This document shows positions 54,801 to 64,000 of a stretch of 64,000 nt of DNA, in pieces. Numbering within the stretch: position 1 is the stretch's first letter; each line of letters begins with the position of its first letter. The translations under genes were made by a program, and so were the position numbers. The stretch is from Neocallimastix sp. 'constans' (lineage: Eukaryota), in NCBI GenBank assembly GCA_050613775.1, contig JBODTK010000013.1, forward strand, positions 372,001 through 436,000, written 5' to 3'. The notes beneath the pieces were generated by a model, which worked only from the letters and a program-made list of their open reading frames with translations, searched no databases and was not told where the DNA came from.

Positions 54801-56683
54801 TTGTAAAATGAGTTAAAGGTGTCACTTTTAGATTTTAAAAACAAAGTCCATCCATAGCGTGAATAGTCATCGAGGATAGTAAAAAGATATTTGTTACCAT
54901 AAAGTGATTCAGGAAGAGGACCAACCAAGTCCATGTGAAGTAATTCAAATATATGTTTCGACTTATTTATTGCTTGCTTATATGGTTTATTTTTAAGTTT
55001 TGAATTCATACAAATTGGGCATTGATTAACTGGTGTATTAAGTTTTAATAATTTGTTTTTAATATGGCTAATATCAAAATGACATAATCTTCTATGCCAT
55101 AAATTTAATCTCTTTGCTGCATTTGGTGTAGTGAAATTTATTTCTAAATTATTATGTTGATTGTTATTATTATTGAGATTTATTTTATTATTGGTAAACC
55201 AAATTTTAAATGTATTAGTCTTGGTTGCAGTGATGTTAACTATTCTTTTATCATTGCTATCGTAAATGATTGCATATGATTTATTATTTGAATTATTAAA
55301 AACAATTTTATAATTTTCTTTTAGTAATTTGCATATGGATATTAAATTTTTATTGATGGCTGGAGAGTAGTATACCTCATTAAGTATTACTTCATTGTTG
55401 TTTACATACCCCTTAAATTTTCCTTTATGGACAGCTGTAATTATTTGTCCATTAGCTAGATTAATTTCTTCATTACATTTTTTTATGTCTATTAGAAGAT
55501 TAAGATTGCTTGTGATATTGATTGAAGCACCGGAGTCCAAAATCCAACATGAAAGAAAGTTTTTGTCACTATCTTCATTTAAAAATTCTTTTTCAACGTT
55601 ACAGTAATTTAATTCAATATTATTTTCTGTATTATAATCTTTAGTAAAGGCATCTGCGTATATTGTGTCATAATTACTTGAAGAGGCATCATTAGTGTTC
55701 ACATAATTAATATCGTTTTGAAATTTTCTTTTGTTTTTAGTTCTTTTATTAAATTTATTTTTGTTTTGATTTTTATATAAATTATTTTTTCTGAATTTAC
55801 ATTCATAGAAGTAATGTCCTCTTCTTCCACAATAGTTGCATCTTCCACTACTCTTTTTGAGGCTTTTTCTTTTACCTTTAGTTCTATTATTGTTTCGATA
55901 ATTCTTGCTCTTTCTTGTTTCAGCATTGAAGAGAACATTATTGTTGTTTTCCTGAATTGAATTTTTTTCTTTTAAATTAGATAAAACGATATTAGGGATG
56001 ATTTCCTTAACATAGGAGCAGCATGATTCCCAACTCTTATGTTGAAAGACGTTTATCCACCTTAGATCTTCAGGTAAGCATCTATTTAGAATGCCGATTT
56101 TTGTATTTATACTAAGGTCATTGTCAATTTTCTCAAGTTCGTCTATTAAATTTTGCAAATTGGCAATGAATATATTTATATCGGTCTTGGTGTCAAACTT
56201 CATTGTTTCAATTTTGTTTTGGATTTCGATTTTTCTTCTTTCCTTGCTTTTGGTAAACGATTCTTGGAAGATGTTCCAAATTTGAAAAGCGGTCTTTTCA
56301 TTTCCATTTATTAGTTTTTGTGTTTGTTCTCCAAGCCCATTTATGATAATCCATTTGGCCGTGATGTCGTTAGTTATATCAATGTTTTTAGTGTTCTTTT
56401 CATAAACTAACGAACTATCAAATTGATCCTCCGGGTAATCTGTTAATTCTTCTCTTATATCTCTTTTTCTTAACTTCTTTACAATTGGATGAAGGACATA
56501 TTTGGTTAATTTATTTATTGTTAGCAAATACAGAATTTTTCTTCTCCAACCAGGGTAGTTTTCTGTATTTAGTTCAGTAATTTGGTTGAAATTTTCGGAA
56601 TAATTAAAGGTTATTCCGTTATGTGTAATATCTTCTCCGGTGAGGTTGATAACTTGTTCTTGGTTTCTTCTTCTTCCAGCCAT
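51878..56683 (-). pseudogene. Copia polyprotein family D (about 1600 codons) with a single in-frame TAA
   Basis: The 913-aa and 549-aa ORFs are in the same frame. The only stop between them is at 53942-53944; I checked the intervening codons. Confidence 0.92.
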
Positions 56684-57207
56684 TTCGAGTACTTTTGAAG
56701 TCTTAAATTTTTATTATTATTTTAAATTAATTATAACTATTTTTTAATATCTCAATTAATAAAAATATTTTAGTAGTTTTTTTTTTTTTTTTTTTAAAAA
56801 AATATTATAATATTTAATTCTGTTAATTTTTATTAATTTATTAGTATTAATTTGTTATATTAAAAATTCTCATTTTAATTTTTACTTAAATTTGATTTCA
56901 TTAATTTGTTACTATTTTTATCTCATTTAGTATTGTAATACCAAACTTTAATAAATAAGGCATTTATATTATTTAATTTATTATTAATTTTGATTAAATA
57001 AAAAGTGATTATTATTTGATTAGATTTTTTATTTTTTATTCATTGATTAGTTTTATAATTTCATTTTAATATATTTGATATATTATATAATGTGATTTAT
57101 TCAAAATTTTATTTAATACATATAATTAGTTTTTTTATTATTATTTTAATTTATTTATATTTTTTTTTTAATATTAATAATATTTTAGTTTCAAATTTAT
57201 CTAAATA

Positions 57208-57436
57208 CCATCAGTTGACTATTTATTTCTCATCTTGATGATATTAGATTTAATTTAATTTAATATTAGTATCATCAGTTGACTATTTATTTCTCATCTT
57301 GATGATACTGTGTTTATTTTATTTTTAATATTAATATCATCAGTTGACAATAAATTTTTCATCTTGATGATATCATTTTTATTTTATTTTAATATTAATA
57401 TCATCAGTTGACAATAAATTTTTCATCTTGATGATA
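57208..57436. repeat. Leader hairpin array, family D (ATCATCAGTTGAC...CTTGATGAT, about 63-bp period, x4)
   Basis: Read directly from the sequence. Confidence 0.9.
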
Positions 57437-58861
57437 TTAATTTTATTATTTAACAATTTAACTATAATTTTATTTATTGTTGATTAAAAAATATCTTTAT
57501 TTTTTATTTTAAATCAAACTCAATTAGTAGATTGAGACTCTTAATCTTTTAGACACATTAATGTTTATAATAGTTTAATTTATTTATAATTTATTAATAT
57601 ATTTTTTTTAAAAATAGAACTAAAGAAAAACATATTCATTTAGAAAGCTTTTATACATGAATATTATTTATTAAACTAATTGATTGGTTAATATAAAATG
57701 AAGTATAGTATATATATTTTAACAAATAGATTAAGAGTCTCAACCTACAACTGAGCTTAACCATAAGTTAAGTTATAATTTACATAATTATTATATATAT
57801 ATATATTCATCTTATAAATAAATTGAACTAACACCATCTTATTTTTAATATTAATAATCATTTTTATATATATCAATAATAACATCCAATTTTGAATTAT
57901 TAAAGAAATAATTTAATTAATTATGAATCTATATAATTAATTTTGTTATTTTCATAATAATTGAATCAAAATATATTATAAAAAATATTTTTAAAAAAAA
58001 AATAAATTAATGAGGGATTAATACAATTTAATAATATCATTATTCATTCATTTTATATAAAAATATACATATATATTATAGTCAGTCAAATTATAATTCG
58101 AACTGAAAAAAAATAATATAGTCAGTCAATTATAATTTGAACTGAAAAATAGTATAATCAATAAAATTTTATATTGAAATAAAATAAAAATAATAATAAA
58201 AATAAAATAATAAAATAGTCATTTAATTATAATTTGAATTGAAAATCATATGTTCAGTCAAATAATTAATTTGAACTGTAAAAATAGTATAGTGAGTCAA
58301 ATTATAATATGAACTGAAAAATGACATAGTCAGTCAAATAATTAATTTGAACTGAAAATCATATGGTCAGTCAAATAATTAATTTGAACTGAAAATATTA
58401 TTGTCAATTATTAAAAATAAAAATAAAAAATATATATATTTTTTAATTTCAATATTAATAAATATAAATCAAGTATAAATACCTTTTTCAAACATAAAAA
58501 AACCAATAATATAGATGTTTAATTAATTAATTTCAAATGACATAATAAAAAATATTACATTAAAATATAAGATAAAAATAGAAACCAATCATACTTCTGA
58601 AATATATTATTTTATAAACTTTTTTTATTAAGTAATAAATATAACTTAATCAATTATCAAAAAATATATATTATTAAAGTTTATTATAAATCATCATAGA
58701 AATATTAAACTATATATATTTCAATTTGTATTTATTTAATGAAAATAGAATAAGGTTTTAATCAATATATTGAATATGTATAAATAAACAATCCAGAAAT
58801 ACATCATATCCCTCATCAATTATCCTTTAAAAAATATTCCCATAATTTAAAACTCTCCACA

Positions 58862-61800
58862 ATGGCTAACACAAGAAGAAACAATAGAAATGAAGTAATT
58901 ACTATTGAAGAACCCATTGACATCAGGTCAACAATTAAATTTAACTACTCTGAAAATTTTAACAGAGTAGTTGAATTAAATACTGAAAACTATAATAGAT
59001 GGAGAACCAAAATCCTTCATCTATTATCAATTAACAACCTAGTTGGCTATATCACCAAAGAAAAGGTTAAGAAGTTAAGGAAAAGAGATATACAAGATGA
59101 CCTATCTGAGTATATCGAAGATGAATTTGATGACACATTGGTGTATGACAAAAGCACCAATGTAGTTGATATCAATAACGATATCACAACAAAATGGATC
59201 GTCCTAAACAGTATTGGAGAAAAAACCCAAGACATTGTGCAAGGATCAAATAAAACCGCCTTTGAATTGTGGAAGATTCTAAAAAGATCTTTTACCAAAA
59301 ACATCAACACGTGTAAATAAGAACTTAAAACCAAACTCGATAATTTGAAGTATAACCAAGAAGTAGACATTAATATATTTATTGCTGAATTACAGAACAC
59401 TACTGATGAACTCGAGAAAATAGATAATGACATTGAATCAAGTGTTAAAGTGGGCATCCTTAACAGAAGCCTCCCAGAAGAACTCCGTGGGATTAATGTG
59501 TTCCAATTTAAAAATGATTGTAATAAATGTAGTGAATATGTTAAGGATGAATTGCCTGAAATCATCTCTTCAAATCTAAGAGAATCCTTAACAAATAATC
59601 AAAATAATAAAAATATATTTTCAACAGAAAATATTACTAAAATTAATACAAATAAGAAAAAACTTATTAAAATAAAAACATTTACTAAAAAGACCAAAAA
59701 TGGTAGATGTAATTATTGTAGTAAATGGGGCCATTTCTTTTATGATTGTAAAAATAGAAGAGATGATAAAAATAATAATAAAAGAAGAAAAATTTTCAAA
59801 AGAAGAAGAAATAATTTTAAAAGAAAATATAATAATCGTAGAAATTATGCAAATTTCATGGAAAAAGAAAGGTACGATACAAGCTATACCGATGCTTTTA
59901 CCAAGGATTACAATTCTCAAGAAAATCTTGATATTAATTTTGCCGAAATAAATAAACAAAACGAAGAAAATAAACAAAAGGAAATGATGTGTTGGATATT
60001 GGATCCGACGCATCAATAAATATCAGAGGTCATTTAAATAAATTACATAATATTCAAAAGTGCAATGACAAAGTTTATTTAGCTAATAATTAAGTTATAT
60101 CAACACAATTTAAAGGAGACCTAATAGGATACATTAGTAATCACAAAATAACCATTAAGAATTTTTATTACTCACCAAAAATAAATAAAAATTTATTATC
60201 AATTGGAAATCTTACACAACAAGGATACAAAATAATTTTCAATAATACTAATAATAAATCATATGCACTAATTTATGACGAACACAATCAAAGAATATTA
60301 TCAATTAAATCGAACCAATCTAATACATTTAAATTTTGGATTTCAACTCAACAATTAAATTTTCAAAACAACCAATATAATAATAATTTGGTTGAAGTTA
60401 ATTATACACATTTGAAATCAATTGATAAACTAAAATTATGGCATCGTCGTTTTGCTCATTTCAATATCAATAGTACCAAAAATAAAATTTCAAAAATCAA
60501 CATAAACTCAAAGTGCCTAATTTGTAATTATTCAAAACATAAAAATAAGCCTTTCAAATCATCACATAATAGAGCTAAAAATATATTTCAACTCATACAC
60601 ATGGATCTTATAGGTCCAATACAAAACTCTATCTATGACAATAAATATATCTTAACCATTTTGGATGACCATTCAAGATTTGGGTGGACTCTCTTTATGA
60701 AGAGTAAATCAGAGACTTTTTATCACTTCCATAATTGGTTTAATAAAATAAAAAATCAATTTAACAAAAGAATTCAATATATCCGTACAGATAATGGCAC
60801 CGAATTTAACAACAAAAATTTCAAACAATTCTGCATTGACTTTGGAATACAACATCAATTTATTGTTCCCTACCACCCACAATAAAATGGTAGGATTGAA
60901 CGATTCAACAGCACTATAATCAATTCTGCAAAGTCAATGTTAAATGACACAAAACTGAGCTTACAATTTTGGGAAGACGCCGTCTCTACTTCCAACTACA
61001 TTCATAATCGAATCCCTCATAAAGGGATAAATAATAAAATTCCATATGAACTTCTAACCAATAATTAAGTTGATTATTCAAATATACGTGTCTTCGGATG
61101 TAAAGTTTTTTATTACGTTCCAAAACTATTCCGTACCAAATTTCAAAATAACTCATCTCCTGGCATATTCTTGAGGTATGTTGATAATCCCACAGCATAC
61201 AAAATTCTTGATATAACAAATAATAAAATTATAATTTCACGAAATGTTGAATTCTTTGAATTTACACCAGGAAATTCACATTTATCTCATTGCGATAATG
61301 ACATCTCAAATTTTATTCCCAATAATATAATAAGGAGGAATGATAATACCTACTTTTATGATAACACGTATGATATAAACCATGGCAAAGACTTTAATAA
61401 TACTAACATTAATAATCCGTATTATCAATATAATAACAATAAGTCAAATAATATTAAAATATTAGACAATAATACTCAAATAAATGAAAATAATATACCA
61501 AGTAAAAACATTCAAATAAAAAATAAAAGAACATATAACAAAAGAAGAAACAACAATAATAACAACACCAAAAATATTAATAATAATCAAAACAAAGATT
61601 ATAATAATAATATAGAATCTCAAGATAATAACATTGACAACAACGACAATAATAATAACAATAACACAAGTAACAATAAAATTAATAACAACGATAACAC
61701 AAACAGCAACAACAACACTACCAACAGCAATAATAACAAAATAAATAATAATATTAATAAAAACGACAATATGATCATTGTCAGTAATAAAAACAATCAT

Positions 61801-63594
61801 AATAATTCAAATATAGACAGATATAATTCAAACAATAATAACGATTACAACAATGAACAACGAATCATTAATAACTTAACGAATAACAAATTATTTAACA
61901 TAGAATCTTCCATACATTTAGGAAAAATAAATATAAATGAAAACTTCATATTAAATTCAAATAACAAAAAACAAAAATCATTAAAAGAATTACGCGAACC
62001 AAATAATTATGATGATATCTTTAATTTAAATGATAAAAATGAATGGTTAAAATCAGTCGATAATGAACTCGACAATATGAGAAATCTAAAAGTATATGAA
62101 ACAATTGATAAAATACCTAAGAACGCAAACTTAATATCATCAAGATGGATTTTTAAATTCAAACGAAACTCAAATGGAGAAATAATCAAAAGAAAATCAA
62201 GATTAGTAGCAAAGGGATTTACACAAGAATACGGCATAGATTATAAAGAAACCTTTGCACCTACCTTAAAACAGGATTCAATAAGAATCTTTACAGCGAT
62301 TGCCACTCAGAACAATTTTGAAATAAACCAAATAGATATAACTGCCGCCTATTTAAATGCTGAATTAAATGAAGATTTGTATATGAAATCACCCAAAGGA
62401 CATGAAGATTACAATAAGAAATTTTGGAAATTGAAGAAGGCAATATATGGATTGAAACAAAGTGGTGCCAAGTAGAATGATAAATTAAATGGCTATCTAA
62501 TAAAAATTGGATATAAAAGACTTATAAGTGAACCTTATCTGTACGTTAAATTTAATAAAGGAAAACTTTTAAATATGTTAGGTATATATGTGGATGATAT
62601 TTTAATATCAGGATCAAAGAAAACAATAGAAAGTGTAAAATTATTAATTGAGAAAAAGTTCAAAATGAAAGATATAGGTAATGTTGATTATATTATTGGA
62701 ATAAAATTTATAGAACATAAAAATGGTTACTTTTTACATCAACACAGATATATAGATGAATTACTTTCTAAGTTTAATATGAAAAATTGTTCACCTCTTA
62801 GAATTATGACTCCAATTGAAAATGAAGATCTTAGGAAGGTAAAAGTAGATGAAACAAAATATAGAAGCATAATAAGAAATTTATTATATCTCAGTATATG
62901 TACAAGACCCGACATTATCTTCTCTGTATCAAAAGCAGCTAGAAGAGCAAAGGAACCAAATATGGAAGACTGGAATAACGTAATGAGAATATTAAGATAT
63001 TTAAAAGGAACTAAAAAATATGGAATAAATTTCAAAAATAATCCGAATATTAAAGCGTATGTCGATTCGGATTACGGAGGTGACTTGGAAACTAGTCGTT
63101 CAACAACAGGATTCTTAATAACATTTGGTGGTGCACCAACAAGCTGGTGTTCAAAGTTACAAAAATCAATATCGACTTCAACAGCCGAGTCCGAATATTA
63201 CAGTCTTAGTGAATGCGGTAAACAATGTATATGGTACTTAAATTTATTCGAAGAATTGCACTTAAATATTAAAAATATTGAATTAAATGTTGACAATAAA
63301 GAAGCTATTTATAACGCTACAAATCAAACTATCAACCCAAAAACTAAACATGTAGACATTAGGGTTCATTACGTAAGAGAAATAGTCAAAGAAAATAAAA
63401 TCTATCTTAAATATATAAAATCTGAAAACAATCTCACTGATGGGTTTACGAAGTATTTAAATGGGACATTAATGGATAAATTTAGAAATTCCTTATTAAC
63501 AAAAATTGATGATTTATATTTTATTTTAAATAATATAAATAAAAAATATGACATTTTAGGAAAGTCATATCTTAGGAGAAATGTTAGAATATAA
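58862..63594 (+). pseudogene. Disrupted Copia polyprotein, family A copy 3
   Basis: Colinear with the 1555-aa ORF, with several stops and a frameshift in the protease motif. Confidence 0.95.
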
Positions 63595-63821
63595 AAAAAA
63601 ATAAATACTTAATAATGACTTTAATATATTTTACCCAATCAAAATATTATTATATTTAAATAAAATTATAAAAGAAATAAAATGTAACCTTGTTAAAAAC
63701 AGATACACCTTTGTAATTATAAAAAATAAAGATAAATAAAATTAAATATTAAGTATTATATATAAAATGCTATTCTAAAAATATATCTAATTTTCTCAAT
63801 ATTTATTTTTGGTGTTTAATA

Positions 63822-64000
63822 GTTATTCTATATAAGCTGGGAATAATATAATAAAAAATTCAATTATATAATAAATAATCAAAATAATGATTTTAATTAA
63901 AACGAAATGACAATAATATATTAAATATGAACAATCAATATTATAATCATTTTCACAACAATAAAAATTTTTTTAGATGCACAGAATATAAATAAATTAA
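63822..64000 (+). repeat. Family C leader sequence, near-duplicate of about 50938-51117
   Basis: ATTCTATATAA.CTGGGAATAATATAATAAAAAATTCAATT... matches the earlier segment. Confidence 0.88.

Larger units (their letters stand above)
51618..57724 (-). mobile_element. Ty1/Copia family D, full length
   Basis: LTRs at 51618-51810 and 57547-57724 (TG..AA), AATAG TSD, PBS 57533-57546, PPT GAGGAGGAG. Confidence 0.96.
51375..63821 (+). mobile_element. Copia family A copy 3, degenerate, interrupted by element D at its LTR/PBS junction
   Basis: 5' LTR 51375-51616, PBS 57729-57742, 3' LTR 63582-63821. The LTRs differ clearly and there is no TSD. Confidence 0.92.

Overview
Extremely AT-rich eukaryotic DNA made almost entirely of nested LTR retroelements. 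Composition and a Cys-rich gene type suggest an anaerobic gut fungus (Neocallimastigomycota); this is inference. It holds four Ty1/Copia families with coding sequence, labelled here A (3 copies, one intact with a 1555-aa ORF), B, C (2-3 copies) and D. It also holds a deleted chromodomain-bearing Ty3/Gypsy element with extra LTR copies, two unrelated solo LTRs and a young gag-only LTR element. Two nested non-autonomous LTR elements (F 39697-50485 and E 41317-46854) have matching LTRs, PBS, PPT and 5-bp target-site duplications (TSDs), but carry cellular gene pieces in place of gag-pol: a Cys-rich membrane protein gene, a PI-PLC X-domain fragment and a PL4 lyase C-terminus. All six Copia-type LTR families share a primer-binding site complementary to the anticodon arm of tRNA-Lys(CUU), which implies half-tRNA priming. 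They also share family-specific hairpin arrays in the leader and a stem-loop before the PPT, and three families have non-canonical LTR ends (TG..TA, TG..AA). Boundaries and TSDs were read by eye. Some frameshifts may be sequencing errors.
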